From the NCBI GenBank assembly GCA_963667185.2, contig OY762953.2:1776129-1840128 (forward strand): a stretch of 64,000 nt of DNA, read 5' to 3'. Below are positions 18,177-24,773 of this stretch, one piece after another. Under the pieces are notes generated by a model. The model had not been told where the DNA came from. It worked only from the letters and a program-made list of their open reading frames with translations, and searched no databases. Numbering within the stretch: position 1 is the stretch's first letter; every line of letters begins with the position of its first letter. The stretch comes from Treponemataceae bacterium (GTDB taxonomy: Bacteria; Spirochaetota; Spirochaetia; Treponematales; Treponemataceae). The translations under genes and the position numbers were made by a program.

Positions 18177-19027
18177 GCGTACTCCCTGATTTTCGCGAGC
18201 GTGGAGAACCGTTCGAGGGCTGCGCTCTCGGACGCGGGGAGCGCGCCTTCAATGAGTCCGCGCCGTTTGAGTTCGGCTGAAAGCTCGAGCCAGGCGGGAA
18301 TGCGCAAGCCAAGGCCCGCGAGGAGCTCGGGGTTTTGTGCGATCTCGGCAGGCTCGCCGCGCGATGCGACAGAGCCCTGATGGAGAACAATGATTTCGTC
18401 CGCGTACTCGAGGGTAAGCTCGAGGTCTCGCTCGATGACGACCGCGGCAGTTCCTTCGCGCTCGGTCATCTCGCGGATGAGGGAGAAAAAGTGGCGGGCG
18501 CCTTCGGGATCGAGCGCGCTCGTTCCTTCGTCGACGAGGAGTACCTTCGGTTTGAGGGCGAGGGCGGAAGCCATGACGAGACGCTGTTTTTGTCCGCCGG
18601 ATAGCGAGCCGGTGGCGCGATGCTCGAAGCCCGAAAGGCCGACGCGATCCAGAGCCTCGCGGACGCGCGCGGCTATCTCGTCGAAGTCGATTCCGCGCTG
18701 CACGAGCGCGAAGGCGACTTCTTCCTCGACGGTAAGGCTGATGATCTGGGAATCGGGATCGTCGAACACGCTCGTCACGAGCGCGCCGATCGCGGAGTGT
18801 CCGTGTTCCTCGGGGTCGAGGCCTCCGACGGTGAGCGTCCCTCCCCGCGTGCCCGGAAAGGCCCTCGGCGCGGTGCCGTTCAGGAGGCGGAAGAGTGTCG
18901 TTTTTCCCGAGCGGTCGGCGCCGGCCACGCACACGAGTCGTCCCGGCGCGACTTCAAGGTCGATTCCCTCGAGGGCGTTCCGGTCGTCGTCGTCGTAGCG
19001 AAAGCCGACGTTAACAAGTTTGATCAC
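18173..19027 (-). CDS. ecfA: ECF transporter ATPase (first A component)
   Basis: Only the C-terminal 284 codons of track ORF 18173..19609 look like protein. GTG 19027 overlaps the S-component stop (GTGA). Walker A GADRSGKT, LSGGQKQR, LLVDE. Confidence 0.8.
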   Translation of the reverse strand: MIKLVNVGFRYDDDDRNALEGIDLEVAPGRLVCVAGADRSGKTTLFRLLNGTAPRAFPGTRGGTLTVGGLDPEEHGHSAIGALVTSVFDDPDSQIISLTVEEEVAFALVQRGIDFDEIAARVREALDRVGLSGFEHRATGSLSGGQKQRLVMASALALKPKVLLVDEGTSALDPEGARHFFSLIREMTEREGTAAVVIERDLELTLEYADEIIVLHQGSVASRGEPAEIAQNPELLAGLGLRIPAWLELSAELKRRGLIEGALPASESAALERFSTLAKIREYA

Positions 19028-19572
19028 GAGGCGAAGTCCGGGTCTTTGATGCGGAGCACGCGCTTGAGGGGCTCGTAGCACAGCTGGGTGATCACGGTGT
19101 TCGCGACCGCGGTCGGAAGGACGACGGTCAGGATCATTACGTATTTGGCTCCCTTGCCCTTCGACATCAGGATGAGCGAAAGGATGACCACGAAGGTACA
19201 GCCCGACGCGATTGTAGAGAGGAGGGTGACGAGTGACGGTTTGAAGGTGTAGGTGCCGATCGCGAGGCGGTACTTCGGTCTCGTGAGCAGGTACGCGACA
19301 AAGCAGCCCATCGGTTCGGACACGAAATTGAGGAACGGTACCGGGGACCCGGAGGTGAGCTGCGAGAGAATCGCCGCGACGATACCGATCGCGAGTGCCT
19401 CGAGAAGACGGGGCCGGACGAGGAGGATGGTAAGACAGTACATCGCGATGATGAAGTTCGGGGTGACCGGCAGTTTCGGGAAGAACATCCGGATGACTGC
19501 TCCCGCCGCGAGAAGAATGCCGGCAAGGATAATGTCGCGGGTACTCATGTGTTTCTGGGTTACGTTTGCCAT
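19024..19572 (-). CDS. trpP: ECF S component, TrpP-like (probable tryptophan-specific)
   Basis: ORF trimmed to MANVTQ (AAGGAG 7 nt upstream). 182 aa, about 6 TM. Segmental similarity to my recollection of B. subtilis TrpP (GIVAAILSQLTS vs GIVTGIISALTT; VVLPTAVANT vs VVLPAAVLNT). Confidence 0.6.
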   Translation of the reverse strand: MANVTQKHMSTRDIILAGILLAAGAVIRMFFPKLPVTPNFIIAMYCLTILLVRPRLLEALAIGIVAAILSQLTSGSPVPFLNFVSEPMGCFVAYLLTRPKYRLAIGTYTFKPSLVTLLSTIASGCTFVVILSLILMSKGKGAKYVMILTVVLPTAVANTVITQLCYEPLKRVLRIKDPDFAS

Positions 19573-19662
19573 GATTGACTCCTTTTTTTTGAAGCGTATC
19601 GGGAGCCAATCACCGCCTGCGGGACGTTCCGGCAACCCATGATCAGATCTTATCCTCCCAAA

Positions 19663-19684
19663 ATGTTTCTGTCAATAGAAACAT
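19663..19684. promoter_or_regulatory. candidate operator: perfect 8-bp inverted repeat ATGTTTCT-N6-AGAAACAT upstream of the ECF/ior operon
   Basis: Read directly. Lies ~90-110 nt upstream of trpP-like ATG 19572, in the divergent intergenic region. Confidence 0.35.
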
Positions 19685-19879
19685 AACCACTTTTCCAAGA
19701 ATTTGAAAAATTGGAGATTTTTCTGTATTTTCCGCCCGCATTGGAGTATTATTGAAGTACAAGGCTAACAAAGGCCTTCCCGTTTTAGTTTCCTTCACTG
19801 AATCGTCGAATATGGCATGTTACCGGTTTCCTTACAGGATTTCGGTGACCAGCACTGCATCGTGTCCAGGAGGGGTTCT

Positions 19880-20119
19880 ATGAACAATATGTCAGAAGTA
19901 GTTGAGTGGACCGAGGAGTACATGGCCTTGGTCAATGCCGAGTTTCATGGACTTTTACCCGTCCAGAAACACATTTTGGAAAAAACGCGCGAACTTATCA
20001 TGAACAATGCTGCAGGCCATCTGGCCGAGATTGCCCCGCTCGATTTTATCAATCTGCTCCCGCAGAGCGAACATTATTTCTTTTCCCGAACCGAGCCCTG
20101 GTGGGCGAAGTACGTATAA
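19880..20119 (+). CDS. small hypothetical protein (79 aa)
   Basis: ORF 19817..20119 trimmed to ATG 19880 preceded by CCAGGAGGGG. No recognisable motif. Confidence 0.45.
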   Translation: MNNMSEVVEWTEEYMALVNAEFHGLLPVQKHILEKTRELIMNNAAGHLAEIAPLDFINLLPQSEHYFFSRTEPWWAKYV

Positions 20120-20137
20120 GCGGGAAAAACCTTGCGC

Positions 20138-20166
20138 TTGACAGCGGAAGCCCAATTGCGTATCGT
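20138..20166 (+). promoter_or_regulatory. promoter TTGACA-N17-TATCGT ~125 nt upstream of the tmRNA 5' end
   Basis: TTGACA 20138-20143, TATCGT 20161-20166. The only good sigma70 match upstream of ssrA. Confidence 0.4.
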
Positions 20167-20219
20167 GCTCGTCAGCTGGACTGAAAGTAAAAGCCTTCAG
20201 TTTTGAGTGTTTTAGTCGA

Positions 20220-20246
20220 CGAGTTTTCGCCAACGGCGAAAACTCG
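20220..20246 (+). repeat. 12-bp perfect-stem hairpin CGAGTTTTCGCC-AAC-GGCGAAAACTCG in the ssrA upstream region
   Basis: Read directly. Confidence 0.85.
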
Positions 20247-20248
20247 AA

Positions 20249-20290
20249 GAGAAAAAGAATAAAATCTTTCAAGATTTTATTCTTTTTCTC
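20249..20290. repeat. 42-bp perfect AT-rich palindrome abutting tmRNA nucleotide +1
   Basis: GAGAAAAAGAATAAAATCTT-TC-AAGATTTTATTCTTTTTCTC. The 20-bp arms were checked base by base. Confidence 0.9.
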
Positions 20291-20640
20291 GGGGGTGCAC
20301 CGGTTTCGACTGATGTGCTGGATCCTGGGTTGCAGGTGAGGCCGCCTGTCCTCTGAACGGGCAAAACTTATAACTGCCGAAAACAACGACAGTTTTGCTC
20401 TCGCTGCGTAAGTAGCAGAGCACGGAAACCGGCCGCTGCTGCTCCGAAGCGACCGGATCTTCTGACGCCAACCGGAACTTACCAACCACTGGGCCTGAAC
20501 GGTGGAAGGGAAATCAACCAGGATACGGAACCGACGCTTGCGGCGCTGCCACCGGGTCCCGACAACCACCTCGCTCCGCTAAACCTGTAGACGCTCTCGC
20601 TTCACGCTTCAGGACGGGGGTTCGACTCCCCCCATCTCCA
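20291..20640 (+). ncRNA. ssrA: tmRNA (transfer-messenger RNA)
   Basis: 5' GGGGGUGCACCGGUUUCGAC. 3' T-arm GGGGGUUCGACUCCCCC, acceptor CAUCUCC and discriminator A (G3:U pair; CCA not encoded). Tag ORF 20376-20411 is GCC GAA AAC AAC GAC AGT TTT GCT CTC GCT GCG TAA = AENNDSFALAA*. Confidence 0.95.
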
Positions 20641-20643
20641 AAA
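20623..20643 (+). repeat. direct repeat copy 1 (tmRNA 3' end CGACTCCCCCCATCTCCAAAA)
   Basis: Identical 21-mer recurs at 20784-20804. Confidence 0.9.
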
Positions 20644-20645
20644 GT

Positions 20646-20677
20646 AAAAAAAACCACCCACACGGGTGGTTTTTTTT
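20646..20677. terminator. bidirectional rho-independent terminator after ssrA
   Basis: A8, then CCACCC-ACAC-GGGTGG, then T8. Confidence 0.8.
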
Positions 20678-20683
20678 ACTTTT

Positions 20684-20806
20684 GGGGGGGGAGTCGAACC
20701 TCAGGCGCGAAAGCGGCCATGGATGGCCGTTGAGTGCCTGAGGCGGCCCGAAAGGAGCGCACACGAGGTGCGCGACCGGAGGGCGACTCCCCCCATCTCC
20801 AAAAAA
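20684..20806 (+). other. ~120-nt multi-hairpin element of unknown nature between the ssrA terminator and the cyclase 3' end
   Basis: Closing stem 20686-20696/20784-20794 (11 bp). Inner stem CCTCAGG/CCTGAGG 20699-20705/20737-20743. Hairpins GC(GAAA)GC, GGCCA(UGGA)UGGCC, CC(GAAA)GG and GCGCAC(ACGAG)GUGCGC. Confidence 0.4.
20784..20804 (+). repeat. direct repeat copy 2 of the tmRNA 3' end (att-like)
   Basis: CGACTCCCCCCATCTCCAAAA, identical to 20623-20643. Confidence 0.9.
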
Positions 20807-20830
20807 CCGAATGTTTCTCTCGCGGTATGA

Positions 20831-21910
20831 TTACGCGTTTGCCGTTTCGACAGCCTTGTGCCTCGCCGCCGAAATGCCGATCTCCTTCGCCTTTCCCCTG
20901 AGCGTCGCGTTTCCGCGCGAGGAGATCTCGAGAAGACCCGCCGCGCTTTCAACGGTCGCGCACGATGCGTCGCCGAGAAGCCGCGCGAGCGCATCGTCGG
21001 AGACGAGGAGGCATTCTCCCGCAATCCGGCATTCTGCCTGGATGCGCGCGGTCGTGTTCATCACGTCGCCCGAGAAGGCGATTTCCTGTTTTTGAAGGCC
21101 GATTTCACCGACGACGAGCTGACCAAAATGAAGACCTGCCCGGAAGGTCGGGATGAGGCCGTACCGCGCGCGATACTGACCGGCTTTTCGCTCTATCGCC
21201 TTTTCGATGAGAAAGAACACCTCGAGCGCCGCCCGCTTGCGCGCGCCGTCGCGTTCCTTCCAGGTGATGATTGCCTCGTCGCCCATGTATTTGTATATCT
21301 CGCCGCGGCTATTCACGATGGGTTCGGAGATGTCGCGGAAAAAATCGTTGAGAAGGGCGTGAAACTTGAGGTCGCCGAGGGTTTCCGCGATCGAGGTCGA
21401 TCCTGCGATGTCGAGGAACATGACGAAGCGGTTTTCCATGACCGGATGGTGATAGGTGCCGAGGATGAGTCCCCTGAGCACGTTTTTGCCGAGGATACGG
21501 TTCAGGTTCGAGATAAAGTTGATGAACGTCGTGAAGGCGAAGGTCACGCAGAGCGTCTGGATTATCCACGAGTCCTCGAGATATGACTTAAATCCGAAGA
21601 TTGCGATGAAGATGGCGCTGTATACGACGACGATCTGGAGGGTGAGGATCAGCGGATAGACGAGAAACTCGAACCAGAAGGGGAGGGGCTTAAATCGTGC
21701 GAAGAGCCGCTCCTGTACGAAGGTGAGAGTCGATATCCCCAAACCGGTGAAGCTTCCGAGCGCGAGATATCTGAGTCCCTCTTCCCCGAACGGGTTACCG
21801 CCATAGACGAGAACCATGACCTCTGCGAAGCCCGCCCCGAGGATACCGGAGAGGAGTACGAGCGCGAGATCGGAAAAGAGATTTTGCACGTGAAAGCGGG
21901 ATATTCGCAT
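20831..21910 (-). CDS. membrane-anchored class III adenylate/guanylate cyclase
   Basis: Six N-terminal TM segments. Cyclase core FLDIAGSTS...YMGDEAI...FSGDVMNTTARIQ. Start set to MRISRF (ATG 21910), 6 nt after TGgTATAGT. Confidence 0.85.
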   Translation of the reverse strand: MRISRFHVQNLFSDLALVLLSGILGAGFAEVMVLVYGGNPFGEEGLRYLALGSFTGLGISTLTFVQERLFARFKPLPFWFEFLVYPLILTLQIVVVYSAIFIAIFGFKSYLEDSWIIQTLCVTFAFTTFINFISNLNRILGKNVLRGLILGTYHHPVMENRFVMFLDIAGSTSIAETLGDLKFHALLNDFFRDISEPIVNSRGEIYKYMGDEAIITWKERDGARKRAALEVFFLIEKAIERKAGQYRARYGLIPTFRAGLHFGQLVVGEIGLQKQEIAFSGDVMNTTARIQAECRIAGECLLVSDDALARLLGDASCATVESAAGLLEISSRGNATLRGKAKEIGISAARHKAVETANA

Positions 21911-21916
21911 GAAAGG

Positions 21917-21946
21917 ACTATACCATGGTCTTCGCGATACGCGCAA
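21917..21946 (-). promoter_or_regulatory. promoter TTGCGC-N18-TGgTATAGT, 6 nt before cyclase ATG 21910 (leaderless layout)
   Basis: Minus-strand TTGCGC 21946-21941, TGG 21925-21923, TATAGT 21922-21917. Confidence 0.5.
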
Positions 21947-22019
21947 ACTGCAATTTACAATGCGGTTCTGGAAAGGGGAGGGGATGACTCGCCAGCCGCA
22001 TCGTTTATCAAAAAAACTC

Positions 22020-22048
22020 TTGACGGGTTTGTATTGTTTGATTATTAT
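22020..22048 (+). promoter_or_regulatory. promoter TTGACG-N17-TATTAT, 6 nt before arsR-like ATG 22055 (leaderless layout)
   Basis: TTGACG 22020-22025, TATTAT 22043-22048. Confidence 0.55.
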
Positions 22049-22054
22049 CGAACT

Positions 22055-22342
22055 ATGGAATCAATCGATATGGTCAAGGTTTTCAAGGCGCTCGGCTGCG
22101 AACAGCGGCTCCGCATCGTACAGCTTCTCCGCGAATGGCAGGGCGTTGATACCTGCTGCGACGGGGTGCTCAAAGCCTTTACCCGGATGACCGAGGAATG
22201 CGAAATTTCCCGTTCGACGCTTTCCCATCATTTCAAGGAACTTGAGAACGCGAACCTTATCGTGTGCGAAAGGCAGGGGCAATCGATGCACTGCAAGGTG
22301 AATGAGGAAGTAATCGCGGCGATCAAGGATTTTTTTGCCTGA
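22055..22342 (+). CDS. ArsR/SmtB-family transcriptional regulator
   Basis: ORF trimmed to MESIDMVKVFKALGCEQRLRIVQLL. wHTH region ISRSTLSHHFKELENANLI. Cys pair (TCCDG) that could be a sensing site. Confidence 0.8.
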   Translation: MESIDMVKVFKALGCEQRLRIVQLLREWQGVDTCCDGVLKAFTRMTEECEISRSTLSHHFKELENANLIVCERQGQSMHCKVNEEVIAAIKDFFA

Positions 22343-22399
22343 TTTTTTTTAATTATCATTGTTCGATTGTTATACACCTATGAACCATTAAGGAGAGGA

Positions 22400-23764
22400 A
22401 TGATGGAATCGCAACACGCTTTTCAGGATCTGCTTTGGGGGGTCGAGCGCGAAACGCACCGTATTCTGGGCGACGGGTCCTTGAGCCCCGCATTGCATCC
22501 TGAAACACTCAAAGAACCTTCATTCACGAAAGACTTTGCGGAAAGTCAGCTCGAGCTCGTCACCGCACCCCACCGCTCAATCGACGAAACGATGCAGGAG
22601 CTTATTGATCTGACGGAAGAGGCGCGGCACGAAATCGGGAGCGAACTTCTGTGGCCATTCAGCATGCCACCCCGGCTCCCTTCTGACGGAAAGATCGTTA
22701 CGGCGCGGATGGTGAGCGACGGTGCGGGTCGCGCGGCGGAACGCTACCGGACGGGACTGACGAGCCGTTACGGCGCGGCGCGCCAGCTGATCTGCGGCGT
22801 GCACGTCAACGTATCCTTCGGTCCCGAACTGCTTGCCTATTTGCGCTCCCGCGCGCCCCTTTCCGCAGGGGAGGCAAATGAAGCGCGCGAGAGCGACGGC
22901 TGGTACCTCAGGCTTGCGCGGAATCTCATCGAGGACATGCCGCTTTTCGTCATGGCTTTCGGTGCGACACCGTTCGCGGAAACTGATGGCACAAGTAATG
23001 GCGCGAGGCACTCCCGTCCTGCATACTCCATCCGGAACAGTCCGCTCGGCTATGCGCGCGCGGAATACCGGCCCTTTTTGAATCTCGCGTCCGTTGCAGG
23101 TCACCTTGCGGGTATCGAGCGCGGCATGCGAACCGAGTCCGAATCCTGGAGGCGGATGGGATTGGTTCGCGACGGAAAACCAGTCCAGCTCAATACGCGC
23201 TTCTTCCAGAAAGAAAAAGAATTTTACGCGCCGATCCGGTTCAAAAGGGTGGTCAGTCCGGGCGAATCGGTTCTCGACGCAATTGCGATGCGGGGCATCC
23301 AGTATCTTGAGCTTCGCTTTTTCGATGTCGATCCGTTTTCTCCTGTGGGCATTTCGGGCGACGCGTTGCGGGTTATGCACCTTTTCATTCTCGACGGCCT
23401 CACCCGCGTCTCGAGGGCCAAAACGAACGCCGAGCTTTCCGCAATTCTCGCTCACGCGGACTCAAGCGCCCTCGCCGATCCGCTGGTCGAAACGCCGGCG
23501 GAAATCGTTCCCGGCATTCCGGAGCGGCTCGAATCCCTTGCCCCCTTTGCGCACGCTCTCGGACGCGAGTGGGAAGCATCGCTTGCCGCATTCTCCCGCG
23601 CACTTATGGTCCCCCTCGAGTCAGTATCGGCTCGCATCGCATGGTCTTTTCTCGACTCCGGTCTTTCGTGGACCGCCTTCGGCTCTATTTGTGCCGCCGG
23701 CTCTATTTGTGCCGCCGACGGCACTCGCGCGGCAGAGGAGGCGTATCATGAGCGTGCATGCTGA
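22400..23764 (+). CDS. gshA: glutamate-cysteine ligase (GshA-type; equivalent to the N-terminal module of GshF)
   Basis: AAGGAGAGG upstream. WGVERETHRI, LWPFSMPPRL and RYGAARQLICGVHVN align with E. coli GshA motifs RGLERETLR, MWPLSMP and RYGALMQTISGVHYN. Confidence 0.8.
   Translation: MMESQHAFQDLLWGVERETHRILGDGSLSPALHPETLKEPSFTKDFAESQLELVTAPHRSIDETMQELIDLTEEARHEIGSELLWPFSMPPRLPSDGKIVTARMVSDGAGRAAERYRTGLTSRYGAARQLICGVHVNVSFGPELLAYLRSRAPLSAGEANEARESDGWYLRLARNLIEDMPLFVMAFGATPFAETDGTSNGARHSRPAYSIRNSPLGYARAEYRPFLNLASVAGHLAGIERGMRTESESWRRMGLVRDGKPVQLNTRFFQKEKEFYAPIRFKRVVSPGESVLDAIAMRGIQYLELRFFDVDPFSPVGISGDALRVMHLFILDGLTRVSRAKTNAELSAILAHADSSALADPLVETPAEIVPGIPERLESLAPFAHALGREWEASLAAFSRALMVPLESVSARIAWSFLDSGLSWTAFGSICAAGSICAADGTRAAEEAYHERAC
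23681..23716 (+). repeat. perfect 18-bp tandem duplication GGCTCTATTTGTGCCGCC x2 near the gshA 3' end
   Basis: Encodes GSICAA-GSICAA. 32 nt upstream of the overlapping ATP-grasp start. Confidence 0.9.
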
Positions 23765-24758
23765 ATGGATGACTCAGGGATTCGAGGATCTCGAGCTTTC
23801 GACGCAGCGGGTTATCCGCGAGGCAATCGTTCGCGGTCACGCAGTCGAGGTGCTCGACCGCGACGCGAACTTTATCAGGATAATCGGGAACGGGAAGGTC
23901 GAGTATCTCAGGCAGGCGACGCGCACTTCGGCCGACAGTTATATCGCGCCGCTCATCATGGAGAACAAGAAGGTGACGAAGCGCGTGCTCGCCGAGTCAG
24001 GCATCCGTGTGCCCGTTGGCCGCGATTACTCGTCGGCCCGTGCGCTCCTCGATGACTGGCCGTATTGGGATGGCCGGGGAGAAATCGTCGTCAAGCCCAA
24101 TTCGCCCAACTTCGGGATCGCGGTCGCCATACTCAAGGCACCGTTCGGGCAAGCTGAATACGCGGCGGCGGGAGAGGCGGCTTTTCGCGAGGACTCATCG
24201 GTTCTCGTCGAGGAGTTCATCCCGGGGAGGGAGTTTCGCTTTCTGGTAATCGGCGGCCTCACCCGCGCCGTTCTCCACCGGGTTCCCGCGAACGTAACGG
24301 GCGACGGATGTTCGAGCATCGCGTCTCTTGTCGCGCGGAAAAACCTCGACCCGCGGCGGGGCGCAGGTTACCGGAGCCCGCTCGAAAAAATCGCACTCGG
24401 ATCAGAGGAATCCTCCTTCCTCCGCGAGCAGGGGCTCGCCTTCGATTCCGTTCCGGTGGAGGGAGCGCTCGTTTACTTGCGGAAGAACTCGAACATATCG
24501 ACTGGTGGTGACAGCGTGGACTTTACCGACACGGTGCATCCGGGATACGGCGACATTGCAGCCGCGGCCGCTGCAGCCGTCGGTGCCCGGATCTGCGGCG
24601 TCGACATGATCGTCGAGTCAGTCGAAGATGAACCGACCGGGTCAAATTATGGAATCATCGAGCTCAATTTCAATCCCGCGCTTCACATTCACGATTTTCC
24701 TTTCGAGGGAAAAAACCGCGAAGTGGAGAAATCCGTGCTCGACCTGCTTGCTTTATAA
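23748..24758 (+). CDS. ATP-grasp ligase (equivalent to the GshF C-terminal glutathione synthetase module)
   Basis: Track ORF 23094..24758 trimmed to MSVHAEW (ATG 23748, overlaps the gshA end by 17 nt in another frame). ELSTQRVIREAIVRGHAVEVLDRD...YIAPLIMENKKVTK resembles GshF ATP-grasp halves as I recall them. Confidence 0.7.
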   Translation: MSVHAEWMTQGFEDLELSTQRVIREAIVRGHAVEVLDRDANFIRIIGNGKVEYLRQATRTSADSYIAPLIMENKKVTKRVLAESGIRVPVGRDYSSARALLDDWPYWDGRGEIVVKPNSPNFGIAVAILKAPFGQAEYAAAGEAAFREDSSVLVEEFIPGREFRFLVIGGLTRAVLHRVPANVTGDGCSSIASLVARKNLDPRRGAGYRSPLEKIALGSEESSFLREQGLAFDSVPVEGALVYLRKNSNISTGGDSVDFTDTVHPGYGDIAAAAAAAVGARICGVDMIVESVEDEPTGSNYGIIELNFNPALHIHDFPFEGKNREVEKSVLDLLAL

Positions 24759-24773
24759 AGGAGACCAAAAAAA

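Larger units (their letters stand above)
20619..20700. repeat. 82-nt near-perfect palindrome: tmRNA 3' end plus terminator, mirrored
   Basis: The left arm is GGTTCGACTCCCCCC-ATCTCC-AAAAGTAAAAAAAACCACCC. The reverse complement of the right arm is GGTTCGACTCCCCCC-CC-AAAAGTAAAAAAAACCACCC. The loop is ACAC. Confidence 0.9.

Noticed and set aside
19028-19609. N-terminal ~190 codons of track ORF 18173..19609 (478 aa).
   Set aside because: This stretch is an out-of-frame read-through of the TrpP-like S-component gene. Recognisable ABC ATPase sequence begins only at GTG 19027, which overlaps the S-component stop (GTGA).
20684-20691. G8 homopolymer as a phase-variation tract.
   Set aside because: It is intergenic and forms part of the inverted copy of the tmRNA C-run. 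No ORF or promoter spacing depends on its length.
20684-20720. Possible tRNA gene on the minus strand (GGTTCGACTCC T-loop-like motif followed by a C-run).
   Set aside because: The would-be T-stem pairs only 3 of 5 positions, and no D-arm or anticodon arm can be drawn. The segment is an inverted copy of the tmRNA T-arm region.
20684-20806. Whether the multi-hairpin element is SRP (4.5S) RNA, 6S RNA, a Y-RNA-like RNA or a retron msr/msd.
   Set aside because: It lacks the SRP domain IV motifs (GGAA tetraloop with AGCA-type symmetric loop). It is too short for 6S RNA. No rsr or reverse transcriptase gene lies nearby. None of these could be supported, so it is left unclassified.
19955-21024. Track ORFs 19955..20569 (-), 20277..20489 (-) and 20701..21024 (-), which overlap ssrA and the structured element.
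   Set aside because: They overlap a confidently identified tmRNA and its palindromic flanks. The translations are low complexity, and no translation signals are present.
20831-21910. Pycsar/CBASS-like defence cyclase next to an att-like site.
   Set aside because: The protein is a standard six-TM class III cyclase with complete canonical motifs. No adjacent effector (TIR, TM, nuclease or phospholipase) gene is present, and the neighbouring gene is a divergent ArsR regulator.
23094-23747. N-terminal 218 codons of track ORF 23094..24758, and the analogous 5' extensions of ORFs 662, 2992, 12030, 14863, 17532, 21884, 27088, 31879, 34202 and 62161.
   Set aside because: The extensions overlap the upstream gene in another frame or lack signal-peptide logic. 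Internal ATGs with SDs, promoters or 4-nt coupling overlaps give proteins that start where the family or signal peptide is expected to start.
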